From a virus: a DNA stretch of 64,000 bases. Position 1 is the first letter of the stretch; every line of letters begins with the position of its first letter. Positions 17,148 to 24,831 of this stretch are shown piece by piece. Location: positions 14,418 through 78,417 of the IMG/VR virus record IMGVR_UViG_3300027747_003046. One strand, written 5' to 3'. The notes below the pieces were generated by a model. It worked only from the letters and a program-made list of their open reading frames with translations, was not told the DNA's origin and ran no database searches. The translations under genes and the position numbers were made by a program.

Positions 17148-17224
17148 GCTCCCGTAGCTCAGGTAGTTAGAGCGTTCGTCTTATAAGCGAAATGTCGTTG
17201 GTGCAACTCCAACCGGGAGTACCA
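17148..17224 (+). tRNA. tRNA-Ile(TAT)
   Basis: GCTCCCG/CGGGAGT acceptor, ACCA end, anticodon loop ct-TAT-aa (TAT at 17182-17184); T-loop TGCAACT. Confidence 0.88.
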
Positions 17225-17230
17225 AATATT

Positions 17231-17554
17231 ATGAATTACGATTCTGATACACACCATTTTGATTGCGATTGTTCAAGTGCTCAACACATTTTTAGATTAA
17301 CTTCCGAAAATGGATGGGATTCTGATTATCCACCAGAACTTCATATATCAATTCAACTAAATAAATATAAAAATTTATATAGACGTTTTGTAATAGCAGT
17401 TAGATACTTTTTTGGATATGAGTGTAAATTTGGACATTGGGATATAGTAACTCTTAAAGAAGACGATTTAAATCGTTTGATTGTTTTGCTACACCAGCAC
17501 AGAATTAAGATCGAGAAACATAAGTTAGAGAAGGAAAAGAAAAATGCAACCTGA
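17231..17554 (+). CDS. Hypothetical protein
   Basis: CDCSSAQH...YFFGYECKFGHWD pattern seen in small phage proteins; start placed after the tRNA. Confidence 0.65.
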   Translation: MNYDSDTHHFDCDCSSAQHIFRLTSENGWDSDYPPELHISIQLNKYKNLYRRFVIAVRYFFGYECKFGHWDIVTLKEDDLNRLIVLLHQHRIKIEKHKLEKEKKNAT

Positions 17555-17681
17555 TACTTGGGCTGGTGCCTTTAAAGAGTTTTTTAAACAAGCAGGTGCT
17601 GTTGGTGCTTTGTTGATTATGTGTTTGACTGTTGGTCAGTGTAGTGGATTTGTAGATATTTATCGATTATTGGGCAAATGA
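17544..17681 (+). CDS. Small membrane protein (45 aa, below ORF-track cutoff)
   Basis: MQPDTWAGAFKEFFKQAGAVGALLIMCLTVGQCSGFVDIYRLLGK; AAGGA SD. Confidence 0.55.
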   Translation: MQPDTWAGAFKEFFKQAGAVGALLIMCLTVGQCSGFVDIYRLLGK

Positions 17682-18386
17682 TTACATACGTTTTAAAATA
17701 TTTTTTAAGTGTTCTTCAATTAAATTAAGATAAAAATTAGCTTTTGAAATTTTAAAATATTTATCTTTTGATACATCAATAATAAGAAGTTCTATTCCGG
17801 CCTCGTAACAACGAATAATTTTCTGCTTATCATTATTTTGAATTTTTTCTAGTTTATTGTTTCCATAAATTGGTTCATAATGAAAAATTCCATTAAGTTC
17901 GATAGCAAATTTTAATGTTGGAAAATAAAAATCTAATTCTGAACCTATTACCTGTTTGTTATTACACAATATTTCTAAATCAGAAAAATTGGTTTTAATT
18001 TTATTTTCTAAATATATTTCAAGTTTTGAGCGTCTTATACCTTTTGCTTTATTTTTATTATTATATATAGCAGCGCAACTTGAAGAACAAAAAACGTGTT
18101 TCGAGTCCGATAACTGACTTATTCTTCTTTTTACTTGTTTTCCACACTGATTGTCGCATAACTTAGTTATATTGTGTTGTTGTCCTATATTCTCTTTAGA
18201 ACATTTGTCGCTACAGTAGAAACCACTCCAGCCTCTTTTCAAAGATTGAAATATTAATCTTTTAACTCTTAAGAAAGGTTCTTTACAAAACGAGCATACA
18301 ATGCTAACTTTCTCACGCGACTTATAGGAATTCAGAATATTGTTATTTTGTATTATTTCTTCTATTGTATAAGTTATTTTATTCAT
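17682..18386 (-). CDS. Putative free-standing homing endonuclease (Vsr/DUF559-like nuclease with zinc repeats)
   Basis: CSDKC/CSSSC repeats; SKLE...ELDFYFP..FAIELNGIFHY...DKQK. Confidence 0.8.
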   Translation of the reverse strand: MNKITYTIEEIIQNNNILNSYKSREKVSIVCSFCKEPFLRVKRLIFQSLKRGWSGFYCSDKCSKENIGQQHNITKLCDNQCGKQVKRRISQLSDSKHVFCSSSCAAIYNNKNKAKGIRRSKLEIYLENKIKTNFSDLEILCNNKQVIGSELDFYFPTLKFAIELNGIFHYEPIYGNNKLEKIQNNDKQKIIRCYEAGIELLIIDVSKDKYFKISKANFYLNLIEEHLKNILKRM

Positions 18387-18396
18387 AAATTTATTT

Positions 18397-18468
18397 GCCC
18401 TGTCTGCCGGATGCAGCCACCGGTCTTCTAAACCAGTACGGAACGTTCGACTCGTTCACGGGGTGCCA
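18397..18468 (+). tRNA. tRNA-Arg(TCT), atypical with shortened D-arm
   Basis: GCCCTGT/ACGGGGT acceptor, GCCA end, ct-TCT-aa loop, GAACG-TTCGACT-CGTTC T-arm. Confidence 0.7.
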
Positions 18469-18533
18469 TATAATAAATAGTAGTTACAATTCGAATTTAT
18501 AATTTTAAAACACGAATAAAGCGCCAAATTAAT

Positions 18534-18686
18534 ATGCCACATTTTATTTCTAAATTACTACGTAAACTGATTAAACTACCACACCATATGTGTGATACCT
18601 GTTTAAACACTTTTGAACACACAACACTGAAAGGTGAATGTTTGTGTCATTTGTGTTATAAAAATAAGTATTTAAAAAACAAATAG
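18534..18686 (+). CDS. Small CxxC-x-CxxC protein (50 aa)
   Basis: MCDTC...CLCHLC; no clear SD. Confidence 0.4.
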   Translation: MPHFISKLLRKLIKLPHHMCDTCLNTFEHTTLKGECLCHLCYKNKYLKNK

Positions 18687-18710
18687 ATACTTAGTATTAG
18701 AGGGTTATTC

Positions 18711-19007
18711 TTGAAAGACGATGAAATTGATTATGACAAAGCTGTAAGACTCGCTGAAATGATTCAACGAGCTATTAGCGATATTACAGATGCGGTTTCA
18801 TACAACATCGACGAAGAAGACAACTATTCTAAACTAGCTACATACTCAGCATTGTTAACTGTCGCAGGTTATTTTGAATTTAAATTAACACAAGACGGGT
18901 TTAAAACATCAGAATTAGATGTAACAAAAACAGGTGCTGAGAAATATGTGTTATCGATGATAACAGAAGAATTAGAAACAATACCACAGAAAAAAGGCGA
19001 TGCGTAA
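18711..19007 (+). CDS. Hypothetical protein
   Basis: TTG start, GAGG SD. Confidence 0.6.
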   Translation: MKDDEIDYDKAVRLAEMIQRAISDITDAVSYNIDEEDNYSKLATYSALLTVAGYFEFKLTQDGFKTSELDVTKTGAEKYVLSMITEELETIPQKKGDA

Positions 19008-19425
19008 TTACAAGTTATATTGGGATGATATCTGGATGGGCTTGGCAAATGATATCTCCACTAAATCAAGTGATCCACGATTAAAAGTTGGCGCTGTTAT
19101 TGTCACCGAAGATAATGAAAGCGTTCTGGCTATTGGTTATAATGGTGATGAAAAAGGTGGAGATAACAAGCCAGATAGTTTAGAGCCAGGTTGTTCTAAT
19201 TTCATTCACGCAGAAGTTAATGCTATTGCGAAAATGAATTATAATGATCCAAGACCAAGAAAAATGTATGTTACACATGCACCGTGTGCTGTTTGTGCTA
19301 GATTAATCATTAATTCAAATATCAAGAAAGTAATTTACTGCTATCCATATAGAAGTGAACAAGGCATCGATATTTTAAAGAAAAGAAACATCGAAGTCTT
19401 ATCTTGCCATTCAGATTTTGAATGA
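19000..19425 (+). CDS. dCMP deaminase
   Basis: KVGAVIV, IGYNG, HAEVNAI, PCAVCARLII motifs. Confidence 0.9.
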   Translation: MRNYKLYWDDIWMGLANDISTKSSDPRLKVGAVIVTEDNESVLAIGYNGDEKGGDNKPDSLEPGCSNFIHAEVNAIAKMNYNDPRPRKMYVTHAPCAVCARLIINSNIKKVIYCYPYRSEQGIDILKKRNIEVLSCHSDFE

Positions 19426-19691
19426 TTACATTTTCTCTAACTTCCAACCAAGAACAAAAATTAAATCTTTGGTTGGAAGAACAAGAAAAAATTCTGATTC
19501 AAAAACAAAAGATTTCTATGTCAGAATCTGATTGGAAAGACTTAACATCTGATGGTGAATACCCTTATTATGGTGCCATCGGTGGCGGTATTCAATATAT
19601 TTTTAATCCAACATCAATCGGAGTTGGCGTAAGGGTAAAATATTTACCAACCGGAGAAGAAATCGATTTAACGGATTACGATGAATGGTGA
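19422..19691 (+). CDS. Hypothetical protein
   Basis: YGAIGGG.QY.FNPTSIG...DLTDYDEW, typical small phage protein. Confidence 0.7.
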   Translation: MITFSLTSNQEQKLNLWLEEQEKILIQKQKISMSESDWKDLTSDGEYPYYGAIGGGIQYIFNPTSIGVGVRVKYLPTGEEIDLTDYDEW

Positions 19692-20011
19692 TAGAAATGT
19701 CAAACAAAACTCAACTAGAACTCAATTTAGAAATTCGTGTTGATGGACACGACAATAAAACAACAGTTAAAATGCGTAAATACGTGGAAACTGGATTCAT
19801 TCCACAACACGGTATGGAAATTATTGACAGTGGGATTGTTTTCCGAGTAAAATCCATAGCAATGGCTGGTCTTTTAGAATTAAAACACGTTGCAAATCCA
19901 GATTTTCGAAATCCGCAAGGTTTAGCACGTATGTCCAGAACAGCCGATGAAAAATGGTTGAATGACAAAGTGAATAGTTTTAAAAATCAAGGATGGTCAG
20001 TAGTTAAATGA
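19685..20011 (+). CDS. Hypothetical protein
   Basis: ORF in coupled run. Confidence 0.6.
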   Translation: MVIEMSNKTQLELNLEIRVDGHDNKTTVKMRKYVETGFIPQHGMEIIDSGIVFRVKSIAMAGLLELKHVANPDFRNPQGLARMSRTADEKWLNDKVNSFKNQGWSVVK

Positions 20012-20211
20012 AAAAAATTGATGTAGAAACATTTATCGAAACGTTACAGGAAGACTTGGTAGAATTTGAAGAAAACGTACACTCAGGAACCTTTCAGAAT
20101 CGTAATGCCCATGAATGGTTTAAGCTTTTAAATGATTGGGTTGAATATGGTTTTTCCCGAAGGGCAACAGAAGAGTGGGAAGAATTTGGTGTAGACGAAG
20201 ACGACAACTGA
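20008..20211 (+). CDS. Hypothetical acidic protein
   Basis: ATGA overlap. Confidence 0.6.
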   Translation: MKKIDVETFIETLQEDLVEFEENVHSGTFQNRNAHEWFKLLNDWVEYGFSRRATEEWEEFGVDEDDN

Positions 20212-20218
20212 TCTCCCC

Positions 20219-20247
20219 TTGACAGATCAACCGCTCCATGCTAAGAT
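20219..20247 (+). promoter_or_regulatory. Sigma70-type promoter for tRNA-Leu(CAA)
   Basis: TTGACA-17 nt-TAAGAT with TG extension. Confidence 0.8.
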
Positions 20248-20256
20248 GGAGCACAC

Positions 20257-20343
20257 GCCGGGATGGTGGAACTGGCAGACACGGCAGACTCAAAATCTGC
20301 TGCTGGCAACAGCGTGAGGGTTCGACCCCCTCTTCCGGCACCA
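20257..20343 (+). tRNA. tRNA-Leu(CAA)
   Basis: Canonical class II cloverleaf, GCAGA-ct CAA aa-TCTGC, ACCA. Confidence 0.95.
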
Positions 20344-20349
20344 TAAATT

Positions 20350-20592
20350 ATGATTACAAAAGAGAAAATTCATCAAATTGGTAGTTTCATCGGTTCACTA
20401 CCTGATATTGAAGTTACGTTAAAGTATCTTGTGGTTAATTACTTAAAGCTGTTTACTGAAAACGATAAGTTAAAAAACGAAGTTCTGAACCTTAAGAAAG
20501 AAAACAGCGACCTCTTGACAGAAGCTGCGGATCATGCTAGAATGGTGCAGGAGCTTGAAGCGGAACTAGAAGCATTCAAGACGATTCATTAA
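20350..20592 (+). CDS. Coiled-coil hypothetical protein
   Basis: ORF between tRNAs. Confidence 0.55.
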   Translation: MITKEKIHQIGSFIGSLPDIEVTLKYLVVNYLKLFTENDKLKNEVLNLKKENSDLLTEAADHARMVQELEAELEAFKTIH

Positions 20593-20598
20593 ACCTGT

Positions 20599-20685
20599 GC
20601 TCTGATGGTGGAATAGGTAGACACAGCAGACTTAAAATCTGCCGACCGAAAGGTCATGCCGGTTCGATTCCGGCTCGGAGCACCA
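20599..20685 (+). tRNA. tRNA-Leu(TAA)
   Basis: Canonical class II cloverleaf, GCAGA-ct TAA aa-TCTGC, ACCA. Confidence 0.95.
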
Positions 20686-20688
20686 AAA

Positions 20689-21072
20689 ATGAAAAGTAAA
20701 GAAAAAGGCGATATCGCAGTAGCAAAAGCAATTAGCTATTATATGCAAACCGGTTACGAAGTTTTGCTTCCTATTGGGGATAAACGACCATATGATTTAG
20801 TCCTTGAAGATACTCAAGGAATCTTAATAAAAGTTCAATGCAAATATACTTCTCATGAGAGTGACTATGGTATTTATCAAGTTCCATTAAGAGTGATGGG
20901 TGGTAATCGAAGCTATAATACTGCCAAATCATATGACAAGAAAGATTTCGATATTCTTTTTGTCTATACTTCCGATAGAAGTATGTATGCAATACCATTT
21001 AAAGACATTACTGCAAAAAATTCTATAAGTCTTGGCGAATTATATTTAAAATATAAAATAATGGAGAATTAG
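20689..21072 (+). CDS. PD-(D/E)XK endonuclease (I-Ssp6803I/PDDEXK_5-like)
   Basis: KGDIA...GYEVLLP.GD..PYDLV...KVQCK...Y...DFDIL; start at ATG 20689 right after tRNA-Leu. Confidence 0.82.
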   Translation: MKSKEKGDIAVAKAISYYMQTGYEVLLPIGDKRPYDLVLEDTQGILIKVQCKYTSHESDYGIYQVPLRVMGGNRSYNTAKSYDKKDFDILFVYTSDRSMYAIPFKDITAKNSISLGELYLKYKIMEN

Positions 21073-21151
21073 CCCGTTAAAGTAGGCGGTTCGGTCTGTA
21101 AAACCGAAATCTCTTTGATCCAAGTGGGTGCGATTCCCTCATTCTCCACCA
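21063..21151 (+). tRNA. tRNA-Tyr(GTA), atypical D- and T-arms
   Basis: GGAGAAT/ATTCTCC acceptor, ACCA, TCGGT-ct GTA aa-ACCGA; T-loop TGCGATT. Confidence 0.8.
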
Positions 21152-21199
21152 GAGTTTAAACTTTCTCTAAAAAAGTCTTCGTTAATTAAGGAAATAAAT

Positions 21200-21445
21200 A
21201 TGTCATCAAATCGCGCACTAACCTACCTCAAGTCAGAAATTCGTTCACGTGTTCTCGAAAACGGAACAGTATCTGCCGCTGATGTTGTTAATGTAATGCG
21301 CCTTCACCTTGAAGGATCAGAGCGTGGTGGTTTTGTAACCAAAGCCTTCCGTGACCTAGTAACAGAAGGACTCCTACGTCCAACACGTCGTACAGAACTT
21401 AACCGTAATACACGTCACCAAGTTACTGTCTATCGCGTTCGCTGA
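21200..21445 (+). CDS. Small basic protein, possible winged helix
   Basis: AAGGA SD; KAFRDLVTEGLL pattern. Confidence 0.6.
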   Translation: MSSNRALTYLKSEIRSRVLENGTVSAADVVNVMRLHLEGSERGGFVTKAFRDLVTEGLLRPTRRTELNRNTRHQVTVYRVR

Positions 21446-21481
21446 TTTAGGCTGATTTGTTAGAAAAATTTAATATCCTTC

Positions 21482-21510
21482 GAAACCCACTTAACCGTGG
21501 GTTTCTTTTT
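21482..21510 (+). terminator. Rho-independent terminator
   Basis: GAAACCCAC-TTAACC-GTGGGTTTC-TTTTT. Confidence 0.75.
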
Positions 21511-21587
21511 GGACCGGTAGTTCAGTTGGTTAGAATGTCGCTCTGATAAGGCGAAGGTCGATAGTTCAAATCTATCCCGGTCCACCA
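21511..21587 (+). tRNA. tRNA-Ile(GAT)
   Basis: GGACCGG/CCGGTCC acceptor, ct-GAT-aa loop, TTCAAAT T-loop, ACCA. Confidence 0.93.
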
Positions 21588-21599
21588 TTTAAGGAACAT

Positions 21600-22145
21600 A
21601 TGAATTTTCGTAATGAAACTCGTCGTGAACGATACAATAAAAAGAAAATTATTTCTTCCAAACTACCTATTGAAGTATGTACCGTAAATTTCAAAGAGGA
21701 AGTGAATGTAGCGTTCGTACTTCGTAGTGCTGCTTGTTTTGGAGCAAGTGCTGTAAACGTAATTGGTTCAGTACCAAAGCGTAAAACACTCGCAACACGT
21801 TCAGGAACACTACAAGATTACGTGCCGATTAATCAGTTCAGTAATCCACATGAGTTTCTCCAATACTGTAAACAAAATTCTATTAAAATTGTTAGCGCAG
21901 AGTTGGACTCAGAAGCTGTATCAATTCATCGATATAATTTCTCGTCTGATCTAGAACAGTATAAAAAGATTTGTGTTGTTGTTGGTCACGAACAAGTTGG
22001 TATTCCCCCGGATATCTTGAAGAATAGTTCAAAGGTCTTTATTGATATGCCAGGAATTGGTTTTTGTTTGAATACAAGTCAGGCAGCAAACATTTTTCTT
22101 TATGAAGTGACTAAACAAATTCTTAATTTAGGTCTAAATAAGTAG
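21600..22145 (+). CDS. SPOUT-class tRNA/rRNA 2'-O-methyltransferase (TrmH/TrmL/SpoU family)
   Basis: Motif 1 NVAFVLRSAACFG, motif 2 VVGHEQVGIP, motif 3 IDMPG...LNTSQAANIFLYE. Confidence 0.88.
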   Translation: MNFRNETRRERYNKKKIISSKLPIEVCTVNFKEEVNVAFVLRSAACFGASAVNVIGSVPKRKTLATRSGTLQDYVPINQFSNPHEFLQYCKQNSIKIVSAELDSEAVSIHRYNFSSDLEQYKKICVVVGHEQVGIPPDILKNSSKVFIDMPGIGFCLNTSQAANIFLYEVTKQILNLGLNK

Positions 22146-22154
22146 AAGCTATTG

Positions 22155-22230
22155 GCCACCATAGTTAAAATGGATATAACTCCTGTTTTGTAATCAGGAA
22201 TTACAGGATCATACCCTGTTGGTGGCTCCA
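22155..22230 (+). tRNA. tRNA-Thr(TGT)
   Basis: GCCACCA/TGGTGGC acceptor, TCCA end, tt-TGT-aa loop; T-loop ATCATAC. Confidence 0.85.
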
Positions 22231-22246
22231 ATTCAAAAATAGCGAC

Positions 22247-23032
22247 TTATTCTACTTCATCTGGTATCTGTTCATTGACTGTCAACAGGAAGTCAACCAA
22301 AGCATAGTATGGAACAGCCATACAAACGTTTTGGAAGTCACTTATACCAGCAAACGTGATACCAACTAACTCACCGTTTTCATTTAAAATACCAGAACCA
22401 GAACTACCATGCTGTGTTGGTATTGAATATAATGAAGCGTCCGAGTGTACAACACTGGAAAAAGTCTCACCAGCATAATATCCTTCAAACAATAATACTG
22501 CTTTACCATCGGAGATCCCGAATGGAGCAGCAATATTAAAAACTTTTTCCCCTCTTAATGGAGCAACCGGCGAGATCTGAACTGCCGGTTGCTTTATTTT
22601 TGTTACTAGCATCAAACAAATATCGTAAGTGGAGTCCATTGCTATTGTAGAAATTGCGTGTTGAGTATTTTCTACATCTATCGCTGCTCCGGTGATTGTG
22701 ATTGGTTTTGCTTCGTCTGGGAACATAGAATCAACTCCACTATCATTACAAACATGCTTGGCAGTTAATACTTTTGTTTCATCTTTTGTCTGGCCGACTA
22801 TTATTCCAGAAGCGACAGACTCAGCAACAATATTTCCATCTTTATCATATACTTGTTTTACGATCTTAACAAAAGAATCGTAAGGAAGTAGTGTCTGATT
22901 ATGTTTGTGCGTGATATTTATGATCGAGTCTTTAATATCATCTAAACCAACGCAATTAGTGTATGAAACACAGTTTAGTGAGAAAACAGACAAAGAAAGG
23001 ATTGCTAGTTTTAGTAAACGATTTATGCTCAT
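22247..23032 (-). CDS. Trypsin-like serine protease with N-terminal signal/lipoprotein-like sequence
   Basis: ASGII, LTAKHV (His), DICLM (Asp), HGSSGSG (Ser); ATG 23032 preferred. Confidence 0.88.
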   Translation of the reverse strand: MSINRLLKLAILSLSVFSLNCVSYTNCVGLDDIKDSIINITHKHNQTLLPYDSFVKIVKQVYDKDGNIVAESVASGIIVGQTKDETKVLTAKHVCNDSGVDSMFPDEAKPITITGAAIDVENTQHAISTIAMDSTYDICLMLVTKIKQPAVQISPVAPLRGEKVFNIAAPFGISDGKAVLLFEGYYAGETFSSVVHSDASLYSIPTQHGSSGSGILNENGELVGITFAGISDFQNVCMAVPYYALVDFLLTVNEQIPDEVE

Positions 23033-23068
23033 AAAAGTAACTAGTGATCTAAAATACAAAGGTATAAT

Positions 23069-24388
23069 ATGAAAAAAATTTATGTTCTCGATACAAGTGT
23101 TCTCTTAACAAGTGCTAACTCGCTTTTTGGATTTGGTAAGGATGATATTGTCATTCCATTAAAAGTTCTAGAAGAAGTCGACAAACACAAAAACAGACAA
23201 GATTCTGTTGGACAGAATGCCAGAAACGCAATTAAGATTCTCGATACTTTAAGAGAGTCTGGTTCACTACAAGAAGGCGTAAGAATTCAAAAGGGTAAGG
23301 GCATATTACGCTCGGCCGCTCTTGACTCTACACACTTTCCAAAAGATCTAGACCTCTCTGTCCCAGACCATGTTATTATGGCAACTGCTTATGCTGTCGC
23401 TAAAACGCATCTAGACAAGAAAGTTGTCGTTGTCTCACGCGACGTTAACATGCGTGTTATCTGCGATGCTATTGGATTACAGAGCGAATCATACGAAGCT
23501 AGCCAAGTCATCGCCGATTCAAGCGAACTTTACAGCGGTGTTTGTGAACTAGTTGTTGATGATGAATTTATTGAAAGATTATACAGTGGCGAAGGCTTAA
23601 CGCTGGACGATAAGCAAGCAGATAAGCTATTTCCAAATCAGTTTATCACACTTATATCAAATAAGAACGCAAATAAGTCGGCTTTAGCCAGATTCCTGGG
23701 CAAAGAACTTCCATTAAAGAAAGTACCAGATTTCAAAGGCAGAAGCAAAGCGGTATTTGGTGTTGAATCAAGAAATCGTGAACAGAGTTTTGCTTTCGAC
23801 TTATTGATGGATCCAAATGTGCCAATTGTTACCTTGGTTGGCAAAGCCGGTTCCGGTAAGACCCTCTCCGCAATCGCAGCAGGAATGGCCCAGCTGCTCG
23901 AAAAGGGCACATACACCCGTTTGATCGTCTCCCGCCCCGTTCAGCCATTAGGACGCGATATAGGCTTCCTACCGGGCACATTAGAAGAGAAGATGATGCC
24001 TTGGTTGATTCCAATTCAGGATAATCTTCAATTCCTACTTGGAAACGATAAAGCAACACTTCAAGACTACATGACAAAGGGTATGATTGAAATCGAAGCA
24101 TTAACTTATATTCGTGGTCGTTCAATCGCAAAAGCCTTTATGGTAATCGACGAAGCACAAAACTTGACAGCACACGAACTAAAAACAATTGTAACTCGTG
24201 TTGGTGAAGGAACAAAGATTGTATTAACAGGTGATATTGAACAGATCGATAATATCTATGTTAATGACACCAGCAACGGTCTTGCTTATGCCGTAGAAAA
24301 ATTCAAACACGCTACACTAGCTGGACACGTAAGTCTACAAAAGGGTGAACGCAGCTCGGTTGCTACGTTGGCATCAAAGATATTGTGA
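23069..24388 (+). CDS. phoH: PIN-domain PhoH family ATPase
   Basis: YVLDTSVL PIN; GKAGSGKT Walker A; IGFLPG, YIRGRS, IDEAQN, LTGDIEQID. Confidence 0.95.
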   Translation: MKKIYVLDTSVLLTSANSLFGFGKDDIVIPLKVLEEVDKHKNRQDSVGQNARNAIKILDTLRESGSLQEGVRIQKGKGILRSAALDSTHFPKDLDLSVPDHVIMATAYAVAKTHLDKKVVVVSRDVNMRVICDAIGLQSESYEASQVIADSSELYSGVCELVVDDEFIERLYSGEGLTLDDKQADKLFPNQFITLISNKNANKSALARFLGKELPLKKVPDFKGRSKAVFGVESRNREQSFAFDLLMDPNVPIVTLVGKAGSGKTLSAIAAGMAQLLEKGTYTRLIVSRPVQPLGRDIGFLPGTLEEKMMPWLIPIQDNLQFLLGNDKATLQDYMTKGMIEIEALTYIRGRSIAKAFMVIDEAQNLTAHELKTIVTRVGEGTKIVLTGDIEQIDNIYVNDTSNGLAYAVEKFKHATLAGHVSLQKGERSSVATLASKIL

Positions 24389-24554
24389 ATGTTGATAAAA
24401 TTTGATAATGGTGAATATAAAATGAGTGAAGAATTGAAAAATTTTGTGTTAAAAGAACAAATTATTTCGCTTAATTTTGATAATCTAGGAATACCAAATT
24501 GTTCCTGTCATGGAATTGCTAGACACAATAAATAAAGTTCTTTGAGGAGTTAAA

Positions 24555-24827
24555 ATGTCAGAAGTGAATCAAGAAGAAAATCCGCTAGTAAATAAGGTAG
24601 TTTTTAAAGAAGGCCCACTTAAAGATATGTTGGTATCTTATGTTGGCGAAAAACTAAAACCAGAAAACGATGAAGTAACAGTTCATATGATTGTTTCTGT
24701 TATTGCCGAAGAGTTTCCTGAATTTGTTTATTTATTGGCAGAAGAGAATTTTCTACGTGGATATCAACAAGCTTTGGACGACGTAGATAAGTTTAACTCT
24801 TCACAAGAAGCTAAACCACAAGGCTAG
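24555..24827 (+). CDS. Hypothetical protein
   Basis: GAGGAG SD; AEENFLRGYQQALDD. Confidence 0.7.
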   Translation: MSEVNQEENPLVNKVVFKEGPLKDMLVSYVGEKLKPENDEVTVHMIVSVIAEEFPEFVYLLAEENFLRGYQQALDDVDKFNSSQEAKPQG

Positions 24828-24831
24828 TTCC

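Noticed and set aside
20233-20252. 7-bp inverted repeat GCTCCAT/ATGGAGC around the -10 box as an operator
   Set aside because: Not shared by the other sigma70-type promoters; a single short instance could be chance.
20120-20344. Minus-strand ORF MVPEEGVEPSR and similar ORFs or extensions overlapping tRNAs (13823-14008; N-termini of 17192, 20656, 21128)
   Set aside because: Translations of tRNA sequence or its antisense; not credible proteins.
24389-24535. 48-aa ORF between phoH and 24555
   Set aside because: Plausible but has no clear SD or motif; not listed as a feature.
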